A DNA stretch of 64,000 nt, from assembly GCA_963695855.1 (NCBI GenBank), contig CAVOHZ010000008.1, positions 480,001 to 544,000 on the forward strand. The letters run 5' to 3'. Each line of letters starts with the position of its first letter. Position 1 is the stretch's first letter. Positions 33,988-45,416 of the stretch are shown one piece after another. The notes beneath the pieces are model-generated. The model saw only the letters and a program-made list of their open reading frames with translations, was not told the origin of the DNA and did no database searches. Position numbers and translations under genes: made by a program. Source of the DNA: an uncultured Nitrososphaerales archaeon (GTDB taxonomy: Archaea; Thermoproteota; Nitrososphaeria; Nitrososphaerales; Nitrososphaeraceae).

Positions 33988-35171
33988 GAGAGTGGGTCAT
34001 AATTCATTAAACGAATATTGTAATGTTAACAATAGTATATACTCAATCCTTATGTTCCTAACATGTATTTGATTGCTCTGGGATTATCCTTGTTGGTTTT
34101 ACAGTTGTAGTATACAAGAATCTGGTATAGCAAAACAGATAGTAGTACTATAACACAGCCCTTGGTGTATCCTCGTACAGGTAATGGATCTATCCTGAAC
34201 GCGGATTTGATATGTTGTATCAACGGCTCAATTGATATACTTCTCAAGGAATAGATAGCCTGTCCAATATTCGATTCATAAAATTCAACTAATTTTATCC
34301 GGTCAGCAGATGTATTTTCATATCTTTTTACTGGACACACCAATTGAAATCCCATATCTGTACTGAGATCATATAATTTATGATCATCGTATCCAGGATC
34401 TGCAGACATGAATAATGTTCTTTTTATAATCCTAAAAGGAATACTTGCTGTCAACATACTGTATATTTGATTGTCAGGTATGTTGGCAGTTGTAAAATCT
34501 GCTGCCAAAGGTACAATGATAGAACCAGTACTAGAAGATATCATATGTAATTTGTATCCAAATATCCAACCTTTTGTATGACTGAATCCCCACACTGCAT
34601 CAGTATCAATACCGGAACGTGGTACTACTTTTTTCTTTATAGATGATTTATGCCAGACATGACCTTTAGCCTTTACAAGTGTACTGTCTGTTGAAAGAAC
34701 AGATGGATCGATTATTTTATCGTGAACAAAAATATCACTCATTATAGTTATTCTGTTTTTAATATCATTGGATATTGTGACAAGGCGTCTATCAAATGTT
34801 CTTCTGCTAGGTACTCTGTATAGCCCACATACTTTCATTACCTTTTTGTTATACGATAGATCCATTGCAAGGTATTCATGCAATGCTCTGTTAGAATCCA
34901 ATCTAAACCAAATACGTACTATAAAACATCTCAAGATAACAGTAGGAGAATAGACATATGGTCTACCACGTCCCCCTCCTCCTCCTCCTCCTCTATTATT
35001 TTTATGTGGCCAACGAATCAAACCAATCAAATACAAAATACTAATTAGAATAGATGTTGATCTTTTCTGCTGTGCTAGTTTGTTGGTTTGGATGATAGTT
35101 ACACCAAAACATCATACACCAATAAACTAGCTTTATTCGTTATGAAAATGGAATAATTATGACCCAGCCTC
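33988..35171 (-). mobile_element. Apparently intact IS (DDE_Tnp_1-type, IS5/IS982-like) with 8-bp TSD
   Basis: TIRs gagagtgggtcataatt / gaggctgggtcataatt (15/17). TSD AGATAACT at 33980-33987 and 35172-35179. Confidence 0.9.
34050..35036 (-). CDS. DDE transposase
   Basis: STDST, DAVWG...GWIFGYKLH, ADPGYD, YSLRSISIEP (YREK-like). Uninterrupted frame. Confidence 0.88.
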   Translation of the reverse strand: MYLIGLIRWPHKNNRGGGGGGGRGRPYVYSPTVILRCFIVRIWFRLDSNRALHEYLAMDLSYNKKVMKVCGLYRVPSRRTFDRRLVTISNDIKNRITIMSDIFVHDKIIDPSVLSTDSTLVKAKGHVWHKSSIKKKVVPRSGIDTDAVWGFSHTKGWIFGYKLHMISSSTGSIIVPLAADFTTANIPDNQIYSMLTASIPFRIIKRTLFMSADPGYDDHKLYDLSTDMGFQLVCPVKRYENTSADRIKLVEFYESNIGQAIYSLRSISIEPLIQHIKSAFRIDPLPVRGYTKGCVIVLLSVLLYQILVYYNCKTNKDNPRAIKYMLGT

Positions 35172-35560
35172 AGATAACTAGAATATTGAATTACAAAAAA
35201 TAAAGAAGTACTTTTTTTGCATTAAATACTTAAATTGTAGTATATAAAAAAAGAAATGCTCTGAACAAAACTAGAAATTTAAAGAACGAAATTAAAGATA
35301 CTTTATTCCAAAAACGGATAGGCCATCAAAAGGAAATTGAAAAATAATCGAAAAACCATATTGTTGAATTAGAAATTTTTCTAAATCTTTACATAAAATC
35401 ATACAACAACTATATATTCAATTATTCAGAGATTTTTTAAGAATCATTGGTATATCTTATACATGTTCTATATTTTTGTTATATAACTAAATCTGCGTTA
35501 TTAATCTAAATCACTAAGAATTAATAATCTTAATATAACATATTTTAACATTACACAAAA

Positions 35561-36154
35561 ATGACTAAAAAAGCCTCCTCCATTTCTAATCAAGTTTCCA
35601 ATCCATTTAATTACCTTCCAAAAGCAATGTTCTTCACAAAAGGAAAGGGAATTCATAAAGATCAATTAACCAGTTTCGAGCTCGCATTACGTGATGCAAA
35701 AATTTCTGATCTTAATCTTGTTACAGTTTCAAGTATTAAACCTCCTAAATGTAAGATTCTTAGTATTCAGGAAGGAAGAAAATATCTTTTGTCAGGACAA
35801 ATTACTTTTGCTGTCATGGCTCGATCTTCTACTAACGAACCAAACAGACTTATCGCAGCTTCAGTTGCCCTTGCAAATCCAAAAGACGAGGGAAAATACG
35901 GATATTTATCAGAACACCATTCTACAGGAGAAACAGGTCAAAAAGCTAGTGATTATGCAGAAGATATGGCAATGGAAATGTTAGCTACAACTATGGGTCT
36001 TCCAAATGATGAATCTCTAAAATGGGATGAAAAAGAAGAACAGTGGCGGTTGTCCGGAAGAATTTACAAGACACAAAATTATACCCAATCTGCAGAAGGT
36101 CATAAGGATGGACTATGGACTACAGTATTAAGTGCTGCAGTTTTTATTCTTTAA
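35561..36154 (+). CDS. pdaD: Pyruvoyl-dependent arginine decarboxylase
   Basis: SFELALRDA, NLVTVSSIKPP (Ser-Ser cleavage), GYLSEH, WTTVLSAAV. Confidence 0.9.
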   Translation: MTKKASSISNQVSNPFNYLPKAMFFTKGKGIHKDQLTSFELALRDAKISDLNLVTVSSIKPPKCKILSIQEGRKYLLSGQITFAVMARSSTNEPNRLIAASVALANPKDEGKYGYLSEHHSTGETGQKASDYAEDMAMEMLATTMGLPNDESLKWDEKEEQWRLSGRIYKTQNYTQSAEGHKDGLWTTVLSAAVFIL

Positions 36155-36372
36155 TTATGTTATTTCAATGAAACTTCCATGATTTATTTTTTAAATTCAT
36201 GTTATCACAATATTTTTATATAACAAAATAATAAGGATCAACCTATTTTTTTTAAAATAGATTAACCGTAAAAATTTGGAACAAAAACTTCAAATTTTGT
36301 TTACACGGTAATTGCTAACTATTATTATAAATATTATCTGACTTTCATAAATAATGTGGGAACCATCATGAT

Positions 36373-37983
36373 GTGAGAAAAAGAGTTCCATCATTTAAAT
36401 ATTTGATTTATCACTCTACAATATTGGAAGATGATAACCCTGATAATTATGGTATATCAAATTTTAAAAAAAATAGCTCTAATAACGTGATTCCAAGGTC
36501 AGCTTGGATAACCTTATTCATTCTAGGTTCAATTGATTTAATCTCTACAGCTAGTGAAACTATGATTATACCTGCAATCCCTGATATTATCGAGGATTTC
36601 GGTTTAACCTATTCAAATTCTTCATGGATATTGAGCTCCTTTCTAATATCTGGTGCTGTAATGATTCCTATCGCAGCAAAATTATCAATTATTTATGGAA
36701 GGAAAAAAGTTCTCTTGTTACTTATTATGTTATACATTATTGGAACACTTTCTGCTGGATCTTCACCAAATATGGTATTCCTGATAATTTCAAGAATTAT
36801 TCAAGGATTGAGTCTGGCGATATTTCCCATAGCCTTTAGCATCATTCAAAACGTCTTTCCTAAAGATAAACTTGCTATTGGTCAAGGAATAATCATTGCT
36901 CTTTTTTCATCAGGATCAGTGATAGGTTTAGTCATTGGAGGGTATATCATAGAGATTTTTGGCTGGCAGACAATATTCTTTACGATTCTACCTTTTGTTG
37001 TTTTTATCGTTCTTTTTATTTACAAAAAAATAGATGTAAAAGACACGCTACCCAAACCAATATTAATAGTAGACCAAAATGATGCCATTAATAATAATGA
37101 CAAAACGAAAAATGAATTTAATCGTATTCGTAAGATTAAAGATTCATATCTACAACTTTTAGACTTGAGGGGAACTATTTCACTTGCTATTTTGATTTCC
37201 TCGTTTTTGATTATTTTAACAAGTCTGGAAAAAGCAAGTTTCAGTTCTGACTCTTTTATTGTACCTACATTTATCTTGCTAGCAATTTCCTGTTTTATTT
37301 TATTTATTTGGTTTGAAAGGAAGACGAATTATCCTACTATCCCATTAAAAATTTTTAAAGACAAGACACTTGTCTATACTAATATTTTTTTGATGATCTC
37401 TGGATTGACAACATTTATGATCTATCAAATGTTACCAATTCTAGTTCAGAATCCAGACCCAGTTGGCTTTCACGGTAATGCAATTACAGTCGTGCAGATA
37501 CAACTTCCTTTTATGATTTCTCTTTTTATTATATCCACTTTATCTGGATTTATAGTTTCTAGATGGGGAAACATAAAATCTTCTATTCTAGGTAGTATTA
37601 TTGGATTTATAGGATTCTTAGCTATTTTGCTATTTCATGATTCAGAAATATCGATAGGGTCAAGTTTAGTTATTGTAGGGGTTGGAATCTCTTTGATGCA
37701 GGTGGGTGGATTTAATATAATTACTACATATACTCCAAAGAAATTCTCTGATATTTCTGTTGGAGTGACTTCATTGCTTTTTATTGTAGGTATGTCAATA
37801 GGTCCAGCAATCTCTGCATCTTTTCTACAAAATTTTTTGGTTCAGATAGGAGAAATTGGGATATATCCATCTTTACAAGCATATGATCTAATATTTTTTA
37901 CAGCTGTTATGCTGTCTTTGATACCACTAATGTTAATATTTTTGATTAAAAAGAGAATTATTAAACATGTCAAATCTATTTAA
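36373..37983 (+). CDS. MFS transporter (14-TM DHA2-like)
   Basis: ETMIIPAIP, KLSIIYGRKK, RIIQG, GWQTIF. Start likely somewhat downstream. Confidence 0.9.
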   Translation: MRKRVPSFKYLIYHSTILEDDNPDNYGISNFKKNSSNNVIPRSAWITLFILGSIDLISTASETMIIPAIPDIIEDFGLTYSNSSWILSSFLISGAVMIPIAAKLSIIYGRKKVLLLLIMLYIIGTLSAGSSPNMVFLIISRIIQGLSLAIFPIAFSIIQNVFPKDKLAIGQGIIIALFSSGSVIGLVIGGYIIEIFGWQTIFFTILPFVVFIVLFIYKKIDVKDTLPKPILIVDQNDAINNNDKTKNEFNRIRKIKDSYLQLLDLRGTISLAILISSFLIILTSLEKASFSSDSFIVPTFILLAISCFILFIWFERKTNYPTIPLKIFKDKTLVYTNIFLMISGLTTFMIYQMLPILVQNPDPVGFHGNAITVVQIQLPFMISLFIISTLSGFIVSRWGNIKSSILGSIIGFIGFLAILLFHDSEISIGSSLVIVGVGISLMQVGGFNIITTYTPKKFSDISVGVTSLLFIVGMSIGPAISASFLQNFLVQIGEIGIYPSLQAYDLIFFTAVMLSLIPLMLIFLIKKRIIKHVKSI

Positions 37984-38118
37984 TTTTACCTCAGATCGTC
38001 CATTACAATGAATATAAATTCTTTGGTGTATCTTTTAATTATTAAAATCCTTTTTCAAAATTCTATACCAAAATTAATTGGAAAAACTTTGATACATTTA
38101 CATGATACTTTGTTATTA

Positions 38119-38472
38119 ATGAGTCAGAAACTATTGGAATTTGATTTTCCATCTTCAGCCGAATTAGGAGATATGGGTAGGAAAAATAGAATTGATGTTT
38201 TTCGTAGATATTTTGCGACTAGTCGCTATAATAGATTACTAATTCAGATCGCATTAGTTCGATCAGCGCTAGATAAATCCTCTATACAATCTGTTTCAGA
38301 CTTGGAATGTCAACATAATCAAGATTTTATAAGAATATCGCAGATGATGGGTCAACTTGATTATCATAATGAGTTTCTAGAAGCAGTAAGAGAGGAAGAA
38401 ACTGCATTAGAAAAAATAATAGAAGCATATGATAGAAAAATTAATCAAACTACGTCACGAAAATACAGATGA
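38119..38472 (+). CDS. Hypothetical protein
   Basis: Likely start at MSQKLLEF inside the 38008 ORF. RIDVFRRYFATSRYNRLLIQ core. Confidence 0.65.
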   Translation: MSQKLLEFDFPSSAELGDMGRKNRIDVFRRYFATSRYNRLLIQIALVRSALDKSSIQSVSDLECQHNQDFIRISQMMGQLDYHNEFLEAVREEETALEKIIEAYDRKINQTTSRKYR

Positions 38473-39029
38473 TCTATGTTGTTCCTCATAGTTATATCTA
38501 TTTTTTTGTTACCATAAATGCATTATCATGATTCTCTGATGATTTCAGTATTTTTTTAAATTACTTTTGCAATAAAAAAAAGTAGAATAAAAACAATATA
38601 TCAAAAATAAGAGAACTGGTTCTAAAATCAAAGAGATTGGGGTATATATCATGTATGTGTATTACAATAGTTAGCTGCATCATTAGCATTTTCTTGATAG
38701 AAACAGAAAAAATCTTTAAAAAAATAACGAAATAATATTTTTGAGGATATAAGTTATATCCAACTTGACACAATTTTTATGTGTTCTAACTAAAAAACTA
38801 AAGTGGATAATGTAGTGTAAACAAAATTTATTATATCTGTTATAAGGAATTTGTCCACCTTGCAAAAAAGTTCTCTGTAATCTATATTTGACGGGTTTCA
38901 CTTTTTTATTCTATTTATTACTAATTTAAAGACGTATTTGACTATCTTTTTAAATCTCTTATTTTACTAAACTGGAAGTTTCTTTCCTTTCAGACCAACG
39001 AAATAATTATACAGGATACTTTCAATTCT

Positions 39030-39350
39030 TCATTGTAGAGGGTTGTTTGTATGACCAATAATTCTGTCATTTTTCATAATAATACAACAAGCACATTTAT
39101 TGTGTAGACAGATTTCGGAGTCATTATGGGCACAAATTGGACATACACATTCAGAACCTTTTTTTTTTGTTGAAGTATATTTATTTTTATTGTAGAAATA
39201 ATACCATGATAACATGAGAGATGAACCAAGTAAAAGAAAGAGTACAGATACCAATATTCCCGATTTTAGTATAACTAGTATGGCACTAGTTGCTAAAGTA
39301 GCTACGCCAGTTAGTAAAGGCCACAATGGAGTTTGGGAGTTGTTACTCAT
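39030..39350 (-). CDS. Two-TM protein with Cys/His-rich tail
   Basis: CVCPICAH...CLHNKCACC...GH after two TM helices. Confidence 0.7.
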   Translation of the reverse strand: MSNNSQTPLWPLLTGVATLATSAILVILKSGILVSVLFLLLGSSLMLSWYYFYNKNKYTSTKKKGSECVCPICAHNDSEICLHNKCACCIIMKNDRIIGHTNNPLQ

Positions 39351-39378
39351 TGTTATAGTATTGATGTATTTTTATATC

Positions 39379-39645
39379 TTATTTATATGTAGTAACTTCC
39401 TGGTATGTTCCAGTTTCTATCTCTTCAGTATCTTTAGATTGCTTTCTCTTCATGCGTTTTTTTCTAACTTCTTTGAGGATTTCCTCAATTTCCTCTTTAG
39501 ATAGTTTACTGATCCTTGAATCACATTCTAGTCCTTTAGAATCTAAAACCTCTTCAGTTAAATTTAATATTTCTTCTTTGTTTTCTTTTTCTTCCTGTGT
39601 CAGCAAGTTATAACTCATAAATCTAAAAAATGCAAAATCACTCAT
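39379..39645 (-). CDS. Hypothetical charged protein
   Basis: 88-aa ORF directly upstream of 39350 on the same strand. Confidence 0.55.
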   Translation of the reverse strand: MSDFAFFRFMSYNLLTQEEKENKEEILNLTEEVLDSKGLECDSRISKLSKEEIEEILKEVRKKRMKRKQSKDTEEIETGTYQEVTTYK

Positions 39646-40626
39646 TTCAGATATTTATTATACGTATATCTTGTAGTTAACTCTTTATCCTTTTTTATCA
39701 GTATAAAATAATTTTTTGTTCTATACGTTGTCAAAGAACAAAAACGGTCTTGACAAGGATCGAAACGTAAATGTAATATTCATATCAAGTAATGAAGGTG
39801 TCTAATATTTTGCGTTTGATATTTTTTTAAAAGCATTTCAAAAATTAATTAGTACTTCATTAAAACCAAGTGATATAGAAATATCATGCGGCACCTTACT
39901 AATGTCGTTAGCATTTCCAAACCCTTCTAACTTATCGTTAATCAAATCAAAACGATTTTCTGAGATTGGAGATAATTTAAAACACTGGCAAGAACAGAAA
40001 ACACCGCCAAGAACTGATGCTCTATTTGATTGAGAACCGTACCAAAAAAAAATTTTTGATTATTGGTACTGTGGAGCTAACACATATAATTTGTCACATA
40101 ATAGATTCGCATATCTATATCATCTTCAATTGGTCCCAATGAACTCTTAAATGTTGAATTTAGGTTTAGATTTGTTTTCTCTGGAAAGGCAGATTTTTTT
40201 TGATATGGAAGCTGATTAATATTATCTGAACATTTGTGTTGAAATTGTATTATTTTAAAATTTTCATTATTGGCTAAATACTCTCTGAATAAAATAACTT
40301 AACCTAAAGTCTCATAGTGTGTTTATTATTGCATTGTCAATTGACAGTATTGTGCCAGTAGCTGTATGAAATCTCATAGAAAGAGAATCTATTCTTAAAG
40401 CCGACATATCCGTGTTATCAAAGGTGTCACTGCAACAATAAATACCCTACAAAGGTTAATTCATAAAATTCTCCATCTCTCATTTCAATAGTGATACTTT
40501 AATATCTTTGGATAGGACACACTAACTAATTGAAATATTGTTCTGAATTTTCACTAAATTTATGCATTTCAGATCTCATAATTTATCTTATAATTAAATA
40601 TCTCTATTCTTAAAGAATATAATAGA

Positions 40627-41766
40627 ATGGAATTAATTAAAACCAAGATCCTTTTTGACGGTGTAAGCGAACAAAAAGATTGTTTTGTTGGAATAGAAAA
40701 GAATAACATAAAGTACGTTGGTAAAGAAAAGCCCCCTGGAAGACATGAAACCAGCTATGAATGTGGAGCTGTTACTCCTTCATTTATAGATGCACATAGT
40801 CATATTGGAATGGTCAGATCCGGAGAGCCAGCGGATGAGGAAGAATCTAATGAACATTTGGATTCCGTATTTCCGCTTGTCAATGCTTTAAATAGTGTGT
40901 ATATGGATGATCCATCCTTCAAAGAATCAGTTGAATCCGGAATCCTTTATTCAGTAGTTTTACCTGGAAGTGGAAATATAATAGGAGGAAAAGCAGTCCT
41001 CCTAAAAAATTATGTATCCAATATTAAAGACGCATTTATTTCTGACGTTGGAGTGAAAACCGCCTTAGGGTATAATCCAAGGAGTACCGAAAAATGGAAA
41101 GGCAACAGACCATCAACTAGGATGGGTTCTATAGCATTACTTAGAGATTACCTGTTAAAAGCCCAAAAAGCTACCAAACTTGTAAAGATGAAAAAAAAGG
41201 TTCCAGAAGAGTTAGAGCCATCAACAGAAATTTTCATAGATATTCTTTCTGGTAAAAATAAGTTGATGGTACATGTACATAAAGAGGATGATATCATGAT
41301 CTTGTTGAATTTAGTTAATGAGTTTAAAATAAAAGCGATTGCAAATCATTTATGTGATGTATATAATGAAAGCGTATTTTCAATGCTTCGATCCTTTTCA
41401 ATCCCAATAATTTATGGACCATTAGATTCTTTTCCTTATAAAGTAGAACTGAAACACGAAAGTTGGAGGAATGTTGAGAAGTTAATCAAGTCTAAAGCAA
41501 AATTCGCTTTAATGAGCGATCATCCTGTAATATTACAAAGAAATCTGTTCTATGGCTTGAGACATTTACTTCGCTTTGGTTTATCCAGGTCAGAGGCTAT
41601 TTCAAAGATCACTAAAGAACCAGCGGAAATAATTGAAGCAAGAAAATTAGGTCATATCTCACCCGGTTATACTGCATCTCTAACTTTATGGAACGGCGAT
41701 CCATTTTTAATGTCTAGTTACCCTAAAACTGTAATTGCAGAAGGAAAAATAGTATATAATGAATAA
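40627..41766 (+). CDS. Metal-dependent amidohydrolase
   Basis: PSFIDAHSH, KTALGYNP, PSTRMG, VHVH, SDHP, ITKEPAE, WNGDP. Confidence 0.88.
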   Translation: MELIKTKILFDGVSEQKDCFVGIEKNNIKYVGKEKPPGRHETSYECGAVTPSFIDAHSHIGMVRSGEPADEEESNEHLDSVFPLVNALNSVYMDDPSFKESVESGILYSVVLPGSGNIIGGKAVLLKNYVSNIKDAFISDVGVKTALGYNPRSTEKWKGNRPSTRMGSIALLRDYLLKAQKATKLVKMKKKVPEELEPSTEIFIDILSGKNKLMVHVHKEDDIMILLNLVNEFKIKAIANHLCDVYNESVFSMLRSFSIPIIYGPLDSFPYKVELKHESWRNVEKLIKSKAKFALMSDHPVILQRNLFYGLRHLLRFGLSRSEAISKITKEPAEIIEARKLGHISPGYTASLTLWNGDPFLMSSYPKTVIAEGKIVYNE

Positions 41767-42359
41767 AATATATTCAACATGTAATAGCCGTAGAGGCTCT
41801 GTTATTTTAGGAATGAAACAATAGATAACAAATATTTTAAATATGTTCTACATTTCATTTTAGCCAAATTCGATTTTTGCTTAAAAAATTGGTAAGTTTA
41901 CATCCATGAAAATCCCCATCTATATAGACATATTCTTACGTTCGTGTCAAAATTATATACCATATTGTCAATTTTCATACCTGCAAAACAAAACATAAAG
42001 AATAATCAAATCGTTTTTAGGCCATAACAGAGTTATGACATTTTGTATATTCTTATTTATTTTGATAAAAATGTTGATCTTGATATTTTTCCATAAATTT
42101 GAATTTTTTAAAATTTTTTTGATACTCTTATTTTATTTATGGATTTGTTACTATGTGTAGGTCAAATCGTTTCTAAATTTCTGATAGTAATTATCGATCG
42201 TACTATTTATACAATTGAGAAGTTATTTATCTTTAAATATCATAACACAATTATAAATTAAATTCGGTTTATTTATCGAGGTGGTTTCTCATTCGATTAA
42301 CATGATCTATTTTATTAGAAACATCGTTACTTATAATCATTAGATAATTTAGATACGTT

Positions 42360-43019
42360 CTATTTTATTGTTGACTTGATCATTATCCGTGTCGCAAATA
42401 TCTGTCTCAATTCGTCAATACTCATAATCATACCATAATATTCCTTGACATGTTCAATTGTTGTTTTGTAATGTTGAACGTTCGATGAGGCTGTAGCATC
42501 CGAAATTAGTATAACATCATATCCTCTGTTGAATCCATCTCTTAAGGATGTCTCAACACATATTGAGGTATCTATTCCGCAAAAAATCAATGTGTCGATG
42601 CCAATACTCCTTAGCCATACTTCAGTTTCAGTATCCTGAAATGCTGAGTCTCTCCTCTTAATTATTATATGATCTTTTGCGCTGGGTTTTATTTCTTCCA
42701 ATATCTTTGAATCCCATGTACCGCGTACGCATATAGGCCTTTTTTTGATTCTTTCTTCCCTGGATACTGGTAAAATACGATGAGTTTTTGTCAAAAGATC
42801 TATCCCTGAAGCTTCTCTAACAGCTTGAGTATAAAAAATTGGAATTTTAAATTGTCGACACAAGTCAATCAACTCTTTTATCTTCGGTACTACTTTTTGG
42901 TAATTAGATACATTCATACCAAGTAAATCATAAGAACCGCCCTCGCTAACAAATCCATTTTGAACATCTATTACTAGCAATGCTATATTTGCACCGGGGT
43001 AGAGATCCATTTGAGACAT
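42360..43019 (-). CDS. Isochorismatase-family cysteine hydrolase (RutB-like)
   Basis: LLVIDVQNGF, KRRDSAF, GIDTSICVETS (D-K-C triad). Confidence 0.9.
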   Translation of the reverse strand: MSQMDLYPGANIALLVIDVQNGFVSEGGSYDLLGMNVSNYQKVVPKIKELIDLCRQFKIPIFYTQAVREASGIDLLTKTHRILPVSREERIKKRPICVRGTWDSKILEEIKPSAKDHIIIKRRDSAFQDTETEVWLRSIGIDTLIFCGIDTSICVETSLRDGFNRGYDVILISDATASSNVQHYKTTIEHVKEYYGMIMSIDELRQIFATRIMIKSTIK

Positions 43020-43125
43020 TATTTTTTATCTTGTATCAACGTACGGTATTGATATTTAATTGTAATTTAAAAATTATAAATATGATAGATTTATTGCTAG
43101 GACATCATTTATTCACTATTTCAAA

Positions 43126-44814
43126 TCATTTTTTTTTGTTATAACTACAAATAATCTGGTTTAGATATTTTTTGTTATAACTACAAATAATATTGTCTAG
43201 ATACATCTGAACTGTCGGGTCTGTTTTCCATAATTCTTGACTACCATATAAATAACCATATCTGTCAGAACTTCCAAGTTTTTCTCTTAATTCCAGTTTA
43301 TCTATATAGGTTTTGGTAACCATATCTTTGGTATAAAAATTTTTATTCGCGATTTTTTTCAAGAAATCGTGAATCCCAGATCCATGTTGTGCAGCTAGTT
43401 TTTCTCTGTAGGCAATATGGTGTGGTATTCCTAGTCTTAATGCCAATTCTCTATGAACACGTTTTCCAAAAATGTCGTTATCATCGTTAATATTTAGTTT
43501 CATATCTATTGAAGTAGATGCTCTTACAACCTTTGGATCTAGAAAAGGTACTCGGCTCTCAATGCTAAACGCCATCGAAATTTTATCTTCTCTCTCTAAG
43601 GTTTCTTTGTAAAGTAAAAGTAGGTCTTGAGTCATATGTTCTCGCAATCTATCGTAACCTTCTTTAGCAACGACATTTCTATACCATGGATAGCCACCAA
43701 ATAGTTCATCTGCTCCTTGACCTGAAAATAATATTCGTTGATTATCACCAGCTGCCATCTGCACTGCAGCAAAAATAGGTATTGCGGTTTCTACCTGTGT
43801 AGGATTATTTGTTTCTATGATGTTGATTATATCTGGAAGATGTTTTTCAACATAATCGTAATCTAATTCTCTTGTACGCAAATTCAGGTCTAATTCTTTT
43901 CCGATTGATTTGACAAATTCAAGGTCTAAAGATCCTTTTACTCCAGTAGTATAACATGTAACATCTGGAACAAAATCTCTTATTATGTGTGCTATTAAAA
44001 CACTATCAATTCCTCCAGAGAAAATAACACCAATCTTTTTCTGGTCCTGCGTTCTTTTTTTAATGGAATTTAATAAAACTTTTTTGTAAATGTCAATCGA
44101 GTCCTCCATTGTATTGTATAACTGGCTCTTACTGACAGGAGGATCGAGCATTTTGAATGGCTTTGATATGTTTTTGGAAATGATAATACAATGGCCTGGC
44201 AATAACGAGTAGGTAGGTTCTTTTATTCCTATCTCCCATAACGCCTTTCTTTCAGAAGCAAATCCTATGATCTCTTTGCTCTCTCCATAGTAAATCTGTC
44301 TTATTCCAAGTCTATCTCTGACCAAATATACATTACCAGTATGCTGATCCTTAATCGCAAAGACATATACTCCATCTAGCTGCTCCATCGTATCTTTTAT
44401 TGCCTTTAAAAGATCTGTACAATTATTTTTATTATAATTTTCTTCCAGCAAATGTATTACTACTTCACTGTCAGTCGCTGAGGAAAATTTATGGCGCTTT
44501 ATTAATTCTTGTCTAAGTTCTTTGTAGTTATATATTTCACCATTGTGTTCCAACAATAATTTATTGTCACAGCTTTTAAAAGGCTGTGAACCACAAGTAC
44601 CACCGACTATAGCTAGCCTGACATGACCTAAAACCATGTTTGATGATGTATTATCAAAAGATAATTTTTCGAGTGAGTTTGACTGGTAAATTTCTTTATC
44701 TATAGAGAGACCCGCTCCATCTGGACCTCTATTTTTCATACACATCATCATAGATTTCATAAAAGGAACCACATCCGCTGATTCCTTGCTTATTACACCT
44801 GCAATTCCACACAT
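43126..44814 (-). CDS. asnB: Asparagine synthase (glutamine-hydrolysing)
   Basis: MCGIAG, RGPD, HNGEIYNY, RDRLG, SGGIDS, SGQGADELFGGY, ESRVPFLD. Confidence 0.93.
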   Translation of the reverse strand: MCGIAGVISKESADVVPFMKSMMMCMKNRGPDGAGLSIDKEIYQSNSLEKLSFDNTSSNMVLGHVRLAIVGGTCGSQPFKSCDNKLLLEHNGEIYNYKELRQELIKRHKFSSATDSEVVIHLLEENYNKNNCTDLLKAIKDTMEQLDGVYVFAIKDQHTGNVYLVRDRLGIRQIYYGESKEIIGFASERKALWEIGIKEPTYSLLPGHCIIISKNISKPFKMLDPPVSKSQLYNTMEDSIDIYKKVLLNSIKKRTQDQKKIGVIFSGGIDSVLIAHIIRDFVPDVTCYTTGVKGSLDLEFVKSIGKELDLNLRTRELDYDYVEKHLPDIINIIETNNPTQVETAIPIFAAVQMAAGDNQRILFSGQGADELFGGYPWYRNVVAKEGYDRLREHMTQDLLLLYKETLEREDKISMAFSIESRVPFLDPKVVRASTSIDMKLNINDDNDIFGKRVHRELALRLGIPHHIAYREKLAAQHGSGIHDFLKKIANKNFYTKDMVTKTYIDKLELREKLGSSDRYGYLYGSQELWKTDPTVQMYLDNIICSYNKKYLNQIICSYNKKK

Positions 44815-45416
44815 AATAAATTATATACTTCACTATAGTAAATAACTCTTTTTAAATCTTACTAAGGAATGTTTATATTACGTGATTTTTTTCTACTTAA
44901 AACTATTAAAGTTTAAGGAAATTACAACAAATCTAAATATGTATCACTCGATTTACAATATAAAAATTAATTGAAGTTAGAAATTTGATATTAAATCTCC
45001 CTAATTAAATTTTCTTAAATAAAATAATGGGTTTAATAATATTTCATATTTACATTTAAACGCAAATCACCAAAATCAGGTGACAATCATGAAAAAATCA
45101 CTTATTCTAAATATAAAGTACTTTTTATTCTCAGGATGATCGATTCCATATCCACCAAAGTATCATTTCCAATCCACGGAGGTCCATGAACAAGAGAATC
45201 ATGTGCGAAACTAGTCATATCTTTAACAAAAATTGAAAACTATGATTGTATAGTCAGTCATTTGGGAATAATCTTACACCAAATTCGATAAACCATCCAT
45301 TGTCTATAAATTTTTCATCATGTGTAGTTAAGACCGAGCAGTAAGTGCCTAAGAATAAAATTCAATATGAAAAATGAGGAATATAACTATAATTATAGGT
45401 TGAGATAAATCTAAAA

